Of a DNA stretch of 64,000 nt, positions 14,701 to 27,700 are shown one piece after another. The DNA lies in NCBI GenBank assembly GCA_040954595.2, contig CM082580.2:12600909-12664908 (forward strand), given 5' to 3'. The notes below the pieces were generated by a model, which saw only the letters and a program-made list of their open reading frames with translations, had not been told where the DNA came from and ran no database searches. Numbering within the stretch: position 1 is the stretch's first letter; every line of letters begins with the position of its first letter. Source of the DNA: Balanoglossus misakiensis (Eukaryota; Animalia; Hemichordata). A program made the translations under genes and the position numbers.

Positions 14701-17592
14701 TTGGCTCGATGCACGTTAAATTACACTGCATCTATCATAGACATGGTGAGAAGGATGGGAATGAAGGAAAACGTTGAGAATTTATAGTGTGCTACCTTGT
14801 ATTTACTCTATCGTTGTGTTGATTTTGCCTGCAATGGTTAAAGAAGAGAAACGGCGCGTCAGTATACAGTTGCACGACACAGGGCGAGTCGGTGTTATGC
14901 GTTATATGTGGCTCATCTTTGTGTGTAAGCATAGAACCTGGAGCGAGAGGGTCTATGGGACCGGGACAGAAAGAACGGACTCTCACTTACCCCCACGAGT
15001 GGCACCGGTACACGAGCAACGCACTGATCAAAATAAAGGAGGCTACGAGATGTGTGATGACGCGACCCATGATCATGACTGATGCAGAACACGCAGGGGT
15101 TCGGTCCCCGTGACGGCTTCGAGTGTGAATGAAGGGGGGAGCTCGAGTCGAGTGAGTCCGTGGCGCGCCGAGGCTGGCTGCTTCTACCGTGCGCGTACGC
15201 GTCTGACGCACCGAAGCAGAGAGACTCTTCCAATCCTGATGACGGCCGCAACGCGGAGGGTCACTCTACGGGCTTATTATTATTTTTGCACACCAGATAT
15301 GGAGCCTGCGCTGCTAATAACGTGGACATCAAATTTCAAATGGGTCGTCCTCCTGGCCAATCAGAGAATGCGATTTTTCAAAGCACCCAGAAAAGACAAC
15401 CTCGGTTTGCGTCTTGTATTGCATATTATGGGATACGATGTCAGGTTGCCCTCATATGTTACCAAAGTGGTTTGCGCCGGAGAATTCCACTTGGGGCTAA
15501 AATGTACAGCTTTCGAACCATGCTCGGGTTTAATTAGTGCTGGGGTTTTGTTTCTTTGAAATGTGAAAATAGAATGAATGTGATGATATTGTATCGATGT
15601 GACATACTTTCTAATAAGGAAGAATAGGACAATGTTACTCTCAGCAGGCGTTGCCATTAAGTGCATGCCCCCAAGTAATTCAAAGGAGAAAGTTCGCCCA
15701 TAGAACATGTAGAACAGGGGGTCATTGCAATTGATATTCAAAACACCAACAATAAATTTACATGTTGTACGATAGAAAAGCTATCACCGGTTTAATATCA
15801 CTCGTCAGTTGACATACAGACCCATCGTTTATCGGGGTTAATATCACGGCATTAAATAATCAAGCTTGAGGTAAACAAATCGGGATCATTAGCGACATAA
15901 GTCTCTCGAATTCCCGCGAGACTCCTGCTCGCAATCCTTGGATAAGTTCGCGCAAACATTGCGTAGATGTTATCATACCCTCGGCTTGTCACCGACGACG
16001 TCGCCATTATTGATGGGAAAGATGAGATCAGGTGATGACGTAATCAATACTGCCGTCCCGGACGCCCTGCGGATTTCTAATGCAGGGTTTGAATAATTTA
16101 CCGTGTTAGGATTGTCAAAGCAAGAGATGGTTTACAAATCTACGACACTTGGGAAGAGAGGGTGATTCGTCAAGATCAGAGAAACGCTACACTGCCTGCC
16201 TGCATGCCGTACCCAATAGCATTCTTTCTTGTATCTGACTTCACTGGACGATTGTTGTGTCATTTTTACTCGTTTGAATCAGCGTCACAGACTAGAGCAA
16301 TTTACATTTCCCCTTCGCCAATTCCCCCAGTGGTCTCTGAAATGCTTTGTTTGATCAAAATTGCCCAACGTGACTGAGTACTTAATACGCAAACGGCAAA
16401 GTGCAAATCTGAGATGGCATAATTCAACGTGGTTCTTAAAGGCATGGGGGAGTTCCTCGAAAATCTTACAGACCGGCTTATGCTATCGCAGTACAGCTTT
16501 CATCATCCATGATTCTCGATGGAATTGGAAGGGAAACATCTTAATCGAACGGTTACCCCTGAAAGCAATCTGCGTGTGCTTCTTTGCACAATTCTCGAAA
16601 AAAAACATCTGAGTTGGTTTTGAGGGAAAGGTCGGTAATTAGTTTTAATTCCAAGCGTCTCTCGTCCATTTATCTGACTAATTGCCTGTTTTTAAACGTT
16701 TTCAATTATAACGGGAAAAGGGGAATCCAACACTAAATGCATTCATCACTCGAGGCGCTCATTATGACACGCTCGTGGCAGTGTGCCAGGTCTGGCTTGT
16801 GTGCGGAGCGAAACGTAACACCCTGTTTTATTGTGCAGAATTTGGACGTGGTTTTGACACTGTGATGAACGCATCGAGGTGTCAAGTACACTGCACTGTC
16901 TTGTATGCAACTGAGGAATTTTGCGCACGTCCCATTGTCACATCCCTCGCCAGCTGAGCTGATCGTGTGTGCAACGATGCAATCAACAAACGAAGACAAC
17001 CTCCATTTGCATGTATGCATCTTGTACTGACAGCAAAAGCAACATCAACGATTTTAGGCCTCACAATTCATTTATGTAGAACAAAATATCAAAAAGATAG
17101 AGTGTAAGTATATGTAGAAATATTACACAAGACATAGCCAAGTTGAGATCTATCTGTCAAAGAATTCTTCGGACGGAAACGCTTGAAGTTCGTATTTCAC
17201 GCTGTATTGGCGCCGTCTTCTCCCTGAGGTAAATTTGACATGGGCTGAATTGGTTGTGGGAATAAGTCCTGGGGAACAAGAAGAAGAAGAAGGGCTAGTC
17301 GGTTAAGATTAAACAGTACAGAAAGATCGCTTTCACGTTTCTTAAAAACAAATGTTTCTCTGTCTTCCTGGAAAGGCGGCGCTGTACAAACACATCATTT
17401 CAAACGTATAGTATTCCCCGGAATTAGTGTCGTTTTGAAACACAACTAACCAAGAGGGGTGGTAGAAATCGCCGCCACCTTGGTGTTTTATACGACCGTA
17501 AGCTCATGGAAAGCATTGAGAAAGAACTCGAGTTAAATGGGTACCAGTTGACAGAGCCCTTGGAACTCGGATAGGATCCTGGTAAACAAAGT

Positions 17593-17609
17593 TGCGCCAT
17601 CTGGTGGCA
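17593..17609 (-). promoter_or_regulatory. CTCF-like motif
   Basis: Minus strand TGCCACCAGATGGCGCA matches the CTCF core. Motif match only. Confidence 0.45.
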
Positions 17610-17783
17610 TTTGATGGTATTGATGAAATCTACCGGTACGCACGAAGAGGTGTGTATCGTGTCGATGCTACAGCTGGTTGGGGGCGTTGTTCTACACGAG
17701 CAAGATGCGATTTTTCTGTTCACATGAAAGCTGTGTTTAAAGAACATTTGGTTAGTTAGTGAGTTAATCACCGTTTGACTCAC

Positions 17784-18913
17784 CGCTTTGTCTTCAGGAG
17801 TGTAGCAGCAATCCGTGAAGCCCAGGTAGTTAAGACTAGCGACGATACCCAGTAGTAAGGCAATAGACCCTGTGGCCATGTACAATCTCAGGGCAGTGTA
17901 TGCGTGGGCAGCTTCTGCGAACCTCTCGACACCGACGCCCCAACCGGCCCAGCCAAACGCCAACAAACTCAGCAGCACCAACGAACTATGCAGGATGTAT
18001 ATGAACACTCTCTACCATAATGAAAAAATGTAAAAAAAACACGATGCTGTGATCTGGTTAACTGCTATCACAACCTCAGTAAAAAAATTAATATCACTAT
18101 ATCACGACCTTGTAATTTCTTGGCCAATAAACAACAAAGGAGTAAGCCATGATGAGTAATGGATGTAGCTTTGCTGCCCTTTTATATTTACTGCCGGTTG
18201 ACTTGTTAATGGCGTCAGTTAAATTATTTCTGATCTACTGAGGTTTTTCTTATCCGTCGCATAGTATTGATTACGTCATTGTGATCGCCTCGTAGATCAT
18301 GTCGGCTCCGCTCAGATTTGACAAGTCCGTTTGGGATTTTGTCGCCTCTGCTTGTTTGCGCCTCGTTTGGTGCATTTCATGACTGGCTGATGAGTATTCC
18401 CAAAGAAGCTGACTGTATAGAAAAAGGATGTACGCTTTGGATCGGTGATTTTTGTTTCGCTTCGCTTACCAGTACTCCGGTTTTCGCATGGTGGGACACG
18501 GCTATATCAATTATTCCTACCAGTATCGCCTAAGACGGTTAGGAGAAAGAGAGAGAGAGAGAGACAGGACGAATTCTATCAAAGACATGCCAATTTCATA
18601 ACAATGTCCTTATGCATGATTTAGGCTACATGTATTACAAACACAAATTCATTGTAGGGTGACTTTCTTCTTTTCGCCAAACAGGACACAGCTTTCCGGA
18701 AAACCTCAATTTAATTTAGGATTAGAATACACAATATTCTACTCTTCAATCTGCAAAACAGAGCCGCATTACCAGAGTTCCCGTCAGGGTGGGTATTGGT
18801 ATGTCACGTGGTATGGGTTCCGAGCAGTACTTGAAGCATGGCGCCGAAGTTGCTATCATTGCAATGCCGACGAATACAAGAACATAACTGATGTCGTCAC
18901 GGTTGTAACCCAT
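17784..18913 (-). CDS. MS4A/CD20-like four-TM protein, paralog A (3' end uncertain)
   Basis: Exons 18913-18773 (MGYNRDDISYVLVFVGIAMIATSAPC...PTLTGTL), 18529-18470 (60 nt, AILVGIIDIAV..), 18011-17784 (TM3-TM4, ..DCCYTPEDKA). Same phases and same 60-nt exon 2 as paralog B. Confidence 0.7.
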
Positions 18914-21769
18914 TTTCCAGAAGGCTATATAGATACAGACTTCGATGACCAGACACAATCTTCGAGGAGTGGATGGTTTGAAAATAAATGAACAATGAGT
19001 AAAAATGAAGTAGGGCACAATCAATAGAGAAAATGTGTTCCTTTCAGTTTCAAATGTGACTTGAAAAGAAGTAATCGACAGGAGCAGATGTTTCTAAACC
19101 TGTCTACATGTGAAGTGGCGCATAAGTTTACTATATGTACGTTTTAGCGCCAAATCAGACCTCTGTATGAGCATGAATTTGAAAGAAACAGAAAGCAAAG
19201 CAACAGAACAAAATTTCTGCGAAAAGAACTCTACCACTACCGCTCAGATGCGTATTTGGAGCCGTTTTGTGATCGGAAAGCGATTCATTTCCGGAGTTCA
19301 TAATGTCTTCTGATTTCTCTAAATGACTGCAAACGTTTCCGTCAAACGCATTCAGCGTAAGCCATTCGCCGCGATCAAATGAAAATTCATCTGTCACATC
19401 TTTTTGACAGATTCAAGCAGCTTTTAACGACGTCTCTATGGGATTGCGGTGACCGTGAATGATTCCAATTCTTATCAACAGAATAGACTTCAACTCACCG
19501 AGAACAACTCTCTCAAACACCGAGTAAAATGTGACCTTTGAGCCCTGAGTGCTGTGAATATTCAGCTATTTGGTTTTTCAACAACTATAACAGAAACATT
19601 CGAAAAATAGAATTGCTTTCTACGCTTGGGCAATCTCGAGACCGAGTTCCAATTTGGTTCGAGCCAGTCGAGCGCTTGTAGCGCGTCGCAAATTGGAAGT
19701 AACTGTCGACGCTACCCGAAACCACAAGCTCAGTCGCAAATTCGAAACTCGCCTCACTACCAAAAACACGCTCAAGGGAAGCATGCACGCAAAAAGTTTT
19801 GAAATTATATATTAAGACAAAAAACCACCGAAAACACAAAAAGTATTGAGATTTAAAAATCACCAAGCGACTAGTGGGCTAGTCTAACGAGTATCGTCAT
19901 CGCGTGCATAACCAGAGGCTTCAGAAATCCAATATAGGCCTAACAATGTGATCAGCATTTTGTGCTCTTATTACGAGATCATGTTAGACATGCAAAAATC
20001 GTAATTTTATCAACGCGAGCTCCCACTTATATTTTGTAAAAAAATGTCAAGAAGTAGGTAATGAGTATGTATATGTGTGTGTTTGTGGAGGGGGGTAGAG
20101 TACTTGTAAATTACACGACTTTCATGCTATATGTAGTCACGTTTCACATCTTCCGCTTTTTTGACGCTATCAAATGTTACATGGAAAAGCTTCTTCCCGT
20201 ACGACGTGACGTATAAAGATAACATGAGTATTACTTGAAGCAATATAACACTGATGGAAGACATGGTTTTTCTCTGATACACATTTGCAAAAACCTTGAA
20301 TCTAACTGTGTCAAGGTAAGCGGTTGGCTCTATGTACCACGGATAGATATTAAAATTATGTCAACCGAATGACGAGTTATGTACGACAATCAAACTGAAC
20401 ATATTTTGTGTGATTTCTAGCGCAGATTTTGAATAGGTTAATTTTCCCTGAGCTGGTTAATCATATTTTTTTAAATCACCCCAAAAAACCCAGAAGCTTC
20501 ATGCCCTTAGCCAAGCAGACATGAAAAAGAATCAGTCTGGCTATAACTACCGGTATACCTCTTTCATGTGAGTAGCCCATTCACCGACAGGCGAACCAAT
20601 CTGGAAAGTTATTACCATAATCTCGACAGTTCCACATTAAGGGTTTTCAAATCCCTTGTAACTCGTGGCCCAGTCGTTTCCGTACAGTAATTGAAGGATA
20701 TGTCGACAAATTTGTTATCGATATCACGCCAAATCATGCTGAACTCTGCATGACAGAAAGGGTAAAGCAGCAAGATCGAATTATTCAAGCTGGAAACACT
20801 TCTCGTTTGAGTGCACATTTGTTTTGTTGAGTCTGGTAATTTCCGTGTGACTGCCGACTGGACGGCTTGTTACCCGCTATGTTTCGCGTTGAAAGCGATT
20901 TGCAGTTTTCAAGGGGTTTTAATTTATTACAAAACCAGACACAGGGTTGTCGGGAACGTCTAGCTGTAGCAAGGTAACATGTACACGGCGAAGTGACTGA
21001 CAAATACAAGCAGTTTTTATGAACAAGATCACTCATCACCCCAGTAGCAATTGTTTACCTTCCTCACACCGGAGATAAATCCGCTCTACATTCAGAAGCA
21101 CAGTATCATCGATCTCAGAACAATTCGGATTCTCCATTTGCACTTTCAGGAACCCCGGCCACACACTGCGCATGTGTCGAAAGCGTGAAGTCTCAGGTGT
21201 TTCTTGCTGTACAATCTCGCCAGCCGAAGGGCCATCGTCACCAATAGGCGCCAACCAGTCCAACGACTAGGGCGGCTTTTGTTTCATATCACTACTTGAA
21301 CTTGTTGACAACCTGAGAGGTTTTAAACAAAATATTGAACATGCGGCAGCGATGTGTAGAAATCTAGGTGTCGAAGTATCTAACCCACTTGTACAAATAA
21401 CTCTATGGCCGTAGTTGTATATCGTGTTCACGTGTAATTTTATCAATGAGCAAATAATTGTATCTTTGGTTAAGTATCACCGGGAAAAGCTTTTATGTGA
21501 GAGGGGGTTCCTCATTAATCCAGAAAAGATTGGAAATTCAAATAAATCATGCAGACTGATGACTTACTATAAGTTATAGCCATTAGAGTAAAGGCAACCT
21601 TCTCCGACATGTTACATAAATATATAAAATAGTGGCACCGAGTAAGATCGGAAAGGCCACTTATGACAGGCTCTCCGCTGTGAATCATCTCCTGACACAA
21701 ATATCCTATTCGAAGAGTGCAAATCGATGGTACATATTGAATCTCTGTGAATACCGCCTGTCGGAGTAG

Positions 21770-24700
21770 TTAAACGCATTCTGAATACACCGGGGGGTTC
21801 TGCAGTTGCGTATATTCTGCAGATTGGTTCATATCCAAGTCGCCGGCAAGTGCAGCGCTGTAGTCGGGCCGTAGATGATGATGGCTGTGGAGGTTTGGTG
21901 ACAACGTGACCTTAACGTGCCCCTGGATGTACACCGCTGTCGGCTGGGCTCGGGTTCCCCTGGTAGGGAGGCCAATGGGTCTATTTCCACATCAAGATAA
22001 AATCACATGTTTGAGTTGTAACAATAACATTGTTGATGGCATGAATCATGTACTCTGTGTGTTTTTCTTATGTCTGTTGTAAGAATAATTCAGTGTAAAA
22101 ATTTCAGAGCTTTGGCGGATTTAAAAATTATAGAAAATTTGGGCTGAATATTGCAAATTGAGTGATTTCCCACAATTTCAGGAAGGTGCACAATAGGACA
22201 AACTTGCCATTTTAGGACCAAATTTTACAAAGAAAAACCACGGAAATCAATCTTTTTTCAGTATAACTTGGACAACAAATACCCAAATAAAGAATAAATA
22301 ACAACAAATTATCACAAATATGATATGACTTAGACATATACGCTTTTAAAAATATCAATTTTATCGTTTGCCACTAAAAAATGGCCAAATTTGGCCAAAA
22401 AAATCATTTTTTTTATTTTTGAGTGAAAGTCAATGAAACTTTCAGATATATTAGTCCAATACACAAAATAATGATTGACGCTGAAAAAATTAATTTTCTG
22501 GCAAAAATATGCAAATTATATGATAATCCTATGCAAATTAGATGTTTTGCCGGTAAGCAAATTTACAGATTTCCAGGGGTCTAATAAGCAAAAATAGGGC
22601 AGTTCATGCTATTTTGACATATCCTGCTGAAAGGGCATCAAAACATGTTGCATATCTATTATTTGCATCATTCAACAACTTAAGAAATGTTGATAACAAT
22701 CAGCTGGAAATCTTAACTTTTTATACTCTGGACTCACCCACTAGGTCAAAGGTCATACATGCTTTTCAATGAGCCCTGCTAGGTTTGTTGTCAAATTCGA
22801 AGCACCAAAGCCACATTTTCCTCTTTTTTTGCCTATTTTCACATATTTAAACATTCACAGTTATCATTTTATGATAATTATTGCAAATTTTCCACTCAAT
22901 TGAGAAAAATTAGGCATTTCAACATGACTGAAGGAGTTAAAACAGGTTATCGTGACAGGATATATTGAGAGGTACAGCCAAAAAGTTTCTACACTATACA
23001 CCTTACCAGCTTCAGGATAGATTAACCCTTTCAGGCCTGAATTTCGCTTGGACTTCTGTAAGATTGGTAAATTTTAGCTATGCTCTCAGAAAGTCATGCA
23101 AAGGATTTAACATTGTATGAAGGTTTATCCCTGTGTCAGACTATTTCTTGTAGATTGAATGACAGACTAACAGGTACAGGCAGACCAACAAAAATGGGGT
23201 CTATTTATGCCTTGGTGTCTGTCAGTTCATTTGCCCGTGGCTGAAATCTCTGCAATGAACTTACATGTCTGTAACAGGTAGAGCTGACCAAGCCAGGATA
23301 CCAAGACAATGCCAGAGGTTTGCAGAGATTTCCGCCAGGGGCCCTATTTGTTTGTGTCTAAATCCATATGCAGTGAAATTGAGTCTGACATAGAGATAAG
23401 CCTAAATGTAAAGTTGAAGTTCTTCTTTGGCCTTCTGGGATCATAGCTAAATAGTATCAATATATGTGATAGGTTGTCAGGCTTGAAAGGGTTAAACAAA
23501 AGTCAAAACAGTTTTTCTGTTGGCGTTGCCTTTACATGTTTGTTTGCACATTTGGGACTTTATTTGATCAGCTTTGAAAGAGGTAAGTAGTCTGATAATG
23601 GCTGGTCATCATCATCATCATCATCATCAGTGTCACGGCGACATATTTTGGAAAGAGGTAAGTTGTCTTCAGACTCCTCATCAGAAGTGTATGACTTTGG
23701 TCTGATGATTTCAACTAGAGGTAAGTTGTCGTCGTCATCATCTGATGAACTGTCCATGTTCACAACAGTTACCACAGAGGGATTTTTTTCCTTAAATTTG
23801 GGCATTACATTTGTATTTGTTTTCACAAGTTGTAACAATAGCTTCCTTTTCTGTTCAACTGTTAATTTTGATCTTCCTTTCAGTCTTTCAGAGTTATTAA
23901 TGTTTACATCTTCTGCAAGTAAATTCCAAAGCTGTAGTTGTCTGTTACACTGTGCACCACTTAATTTCCGGATTTTCTGTTGGTCTCTGATCAGTGTGTC
24001 TTCAGCTAGCTCTTTTCTCATTTCTGCCTGTTTCATTTCCTTCTTTTGCATAACTGCTTGGCGTTTCCTGATTTTTTCTTCTCGTTCCTTCTTCTTAATC
24101 TCCTCTAGAGCAAGAAGCTGCCTATCCTTTGTTCCTACCATTTTGTGCTGTCTCTTTGCTTCTTTCTGTGCTGTATGGACAAGTTTTTCTTTCAGTTCTT
24201 GGTCTTGTCTCATTGCCCAATCAGTCGCCTTGTCACGCTTTGCACGAACCACTGACGACAATGACATTGGGTTACTAGACGGGGCTGATTTACTCATCTG
24301 ATCAAGAAGACCAAAGTCACTTTCACAAGGATCATTTGTTGCCCCTGGCAGTAGACTGGCAGCTTGAATCTGCTGTTGAGTTGGCACTGCAAATTCACCC
24401 CCTGGTAGATGCTCTCTAGCATGTTGAGCCAATTTCTCCGCTCCAGCAGCACAACACACTTTCAAGATTTCCTTTACCTTATTATCTGTGTCATCTGGAC
24501 GTCGAACTTCTAACATATACATTTTGTGACTCTCATTTCTCACTGCATCTGTCCAAAGTTTCTCACTTCCTTCAAAGAGACTTTCTGGATCTTCACTCCA
24601 TTCTTTCAGTTTCTTCACACTTGCGTCATAGATTTCATTCATTTCAAGTATGTGTTTTACTGACTTTGTTTTTACCATTAAAGGCAAACAGACTTCATAG

Positions 24701-27700
24701 TAGAGTATTGCATAAGCTCTTTCCTCTGCCATGATACGAAGATCATTGTAACCATCATACACACTGGCTTCCAGCTTATTCCAGTGACCTTTTGAATCAC
24801 GCTGATCCACAAGAAAAATCTGGATAAACTGCCTACCTACATATGTTGGGAGGCTGTTATGAAAGTAGATGAGGTAGCGAGACCCAACAATAGGAGTGAA
24901 AAGCTGTGAGGCCGATTTCTTGAGTGTGTCCTGTGACAAACAGAATGCCTTAAAGTCTTTGCCTTTTGCATATTCCTTTTTACTCTGTTCACACAACAAT
25001 TTGTCCGCTTCATAAATGTGCTTCTTTGCACCTTGCATTCTCCTGAAAGTGCTATCATGATCATCAGCATACAGGTATTTAACAGCAGCTTTATTCATGG
25101 CTTCAGTCATGTTTGTCAATTTGTGTGCACCACATGTGAATGCATGAATTCTTATTTTTTCATCTCTTTCTGTTTCAGTCATTTCATTCCATGTTGGTAG
25201 TAGGCGTTCTAATTCTTCTGTCTTCATTTCACATAGCAGTTTTGTTAACTTTCCTTCCGTTGCAGCTCTATCTGACATTCTTGCTTTGAAATTGATTACA
25301 TTATATGTTTCTTCCACATCTTGCAAATTCATGTCTGTGCCTAGTCTCTGAAGTTCTGAAAGTAACTTTCGAAGGTCATCTAGAGTATCTTTAGCTTTGC
25401 CTCCAGCGATGGGTGTGAGACCTAGAGTGAATACAGTTCGGGAGCCAGTGTCACATTCATCATGGCTTGGAGACAAGACCAATTTATGAGTTAGCCATTC
25501 AAGCTGGCCTTTTGTAGTTTTATCTGTCATATAGGCAACATCTTTGTTTTCTCTTTTTGACCATTCCACTAATCCCCTCAATGTGGCAAGCTGTCCTGCT
25601 TCACACTTTAATCTCTGTGCTGTGGATCTTTTCGGCAATTTGACATCTTTCAAATCCATTGGAGAGAGGTGTCCTAGTACTGTTCGTATTACAGATTCAA
25701 TCTGGTTTGAACTGACTCCTAATGTCAGGAGGTGATAATACACTAGTCGTATTTCAGTTTTGTATAGGCCACCCTTTTCTTTGGTTTCCAGAGATGTCAA
25801 GTTGTGAATTGTTTCCTGCAGCTCCTTCTCTTTCTCAGTCTTCTCTTTCAACTGCTCTTTCAACTCACTAACAATACCATCCAGGAAAATGGCAGCTGCC
25901 TCTCTATCAATTTCTATATTTTCTTCTGCTTCTTTGATTCGTTGTTTCAGAGTTGTCATTTCTTTGTCCTTTTGTGTGAGCTGTGTTTTTAACTTTTTCT
26001 GTTCTTTTTCAACTTCCCTGAGTTGCCTTTCCATTCTCTTTGTCTTTTTACATTCTGTAACGTGATCCATGGACTCATCAATCAGAGACATTGCTGCATC
26101 CTTCCACTGAGTGGCTTTTTCTTTGTTGGCGTCTCTTTCCTTGGATAGTGTCTGTATTTGTGTTTGCATACTTTTCATTTTTACAGCGTCATGTGCAGCC
26201 TTCTTTTTTTCTTCCTCCAAATTTTCCACTCTCTCTAACATATCATCTCTTTCTTGCATAATATCTCTCACTTTCACACCAATTACAGCATGGTATCTTT
26301 TGTTCTCAGCTGTCACTACTTTAAGTTTCTTCTGAGCTCTGTCTACTTTCATTTCTGCTTTTCTTTTGTCATCTTTAAGTTGGGCTTTACTTGGTGATTT
26401 GGAATATTTAGTTCCACTTCTTAGGGACAGATGGCAGGTATTGTTGACATCAAGGTAAGTATTGGGTTGGGTTACTTGATCATATGGTGGAGGTAAAGCA
26501 TTAGACGTCTTATCGATTTGCATCACATCATTATAACTTGGCGGATTTGGACCAGCGAGTAAGAATGATGGGGGATTTGAGTCAGGTAAGAATGATGGGG
26601 GCTTTGGGTCAGGAATGAGAAAACTTTGGCCCCATGTAAACTCTTCAATCAGGTAAGAAATAATGTTCCCATGTAGAGTTGCAGAATTTTTCTGATTTCT
26701 GCTTTTCTGAAATTTTCTTACAAGTTGTTCATACTTTTTATTTGTCTTTGTACACTTTGCACGGAGCTGTGTCTCTGTTCTATTTGTTGTGTTGACCGCA
26801 GCAAACCGCTGTAGCCAGGTAAGGAGGAGACTCAAGGGATTGCAGCGAAACAGTGATCCAAACTTTTTACTGGTGAAGTAAAGTTCCAGAATTTCTTTAT
26901 GTGTCAATGCCAAATGAGCACAACTAGTACACTCCTCCAGCAGACTGGATCTAAAATGAAAAAATTAAATAAAATTAGTTCAACTGAACGGTTTACAAGT
27001 AATGGGACAGCAACTCCAACATTTGATAAATTCACCTCCACAGTACAGTAGCAATGCATGTTACACAAAAATGACAATAAGCATTTCAACATGATAGAGA
27101 AAAATACCATGTAATTATGATTTGAATATCAAATTTGTCAGCTACTGTTGCTATAAAAAGATCTATGTAAATATATATAACCACCTCAATTATGCCATAA
27201 CTATATGTGTTACATTCAACATGCATTTTGTTGCACTTCAAAAATAAAAACAAAATACTTTGGGTGCAGTGAAATTTTACGCTGCTTAAAATTGTGTAAC
27301 TTAATTCTCGTTTGATATTGATCTTACGTGTGTATTTCAACAAAATATGGGAGTGAATATTAGTGAACACATACATACACAAACTCTGTCATAATATAAA
27401 CACCAGCCCAGTGTCTTAAATTTTTGTTTCTGAAAAATACCAGGTATTTTCTTATGTCGTAACAGAAAGAAAGAAAATGAACAAGTAAGCTTTTCAATGT
27501 GTTCACCAATCTTCAGAAATGTGTGTACATTCTAAGACAAAAACATGTTCTCAATAAATTTACAAGCAACAGCTACTAAAATAATTTACAGCTACTGAAT
27601 TAATTTACTTTTAATAAGCTAGGGCAGAATGAGAAACCACACAAAAGCAATAAAAGAATCCACCACCAGTATTACAAAATCAAAATTAAAAAAACAACTT

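Noticed and set aside
14770-15560. CpG-rich block with several overlapping 100-150 aa ORFs
   Set aside because: No recognisable domain, consistent splice pattern or terminal repeats; left uncalled.
13737-16460. Isolated TTAAAGG(G) ends suggesting more Kolobok-like MITEs
   Set aside because: No matching inverted partner found by eye.
23630-24301. 223-aa plus-strand ORF inside the transposon
   Set aside because: Antisense shadow of the K/E-rich transposase C-terminus; no motifs.
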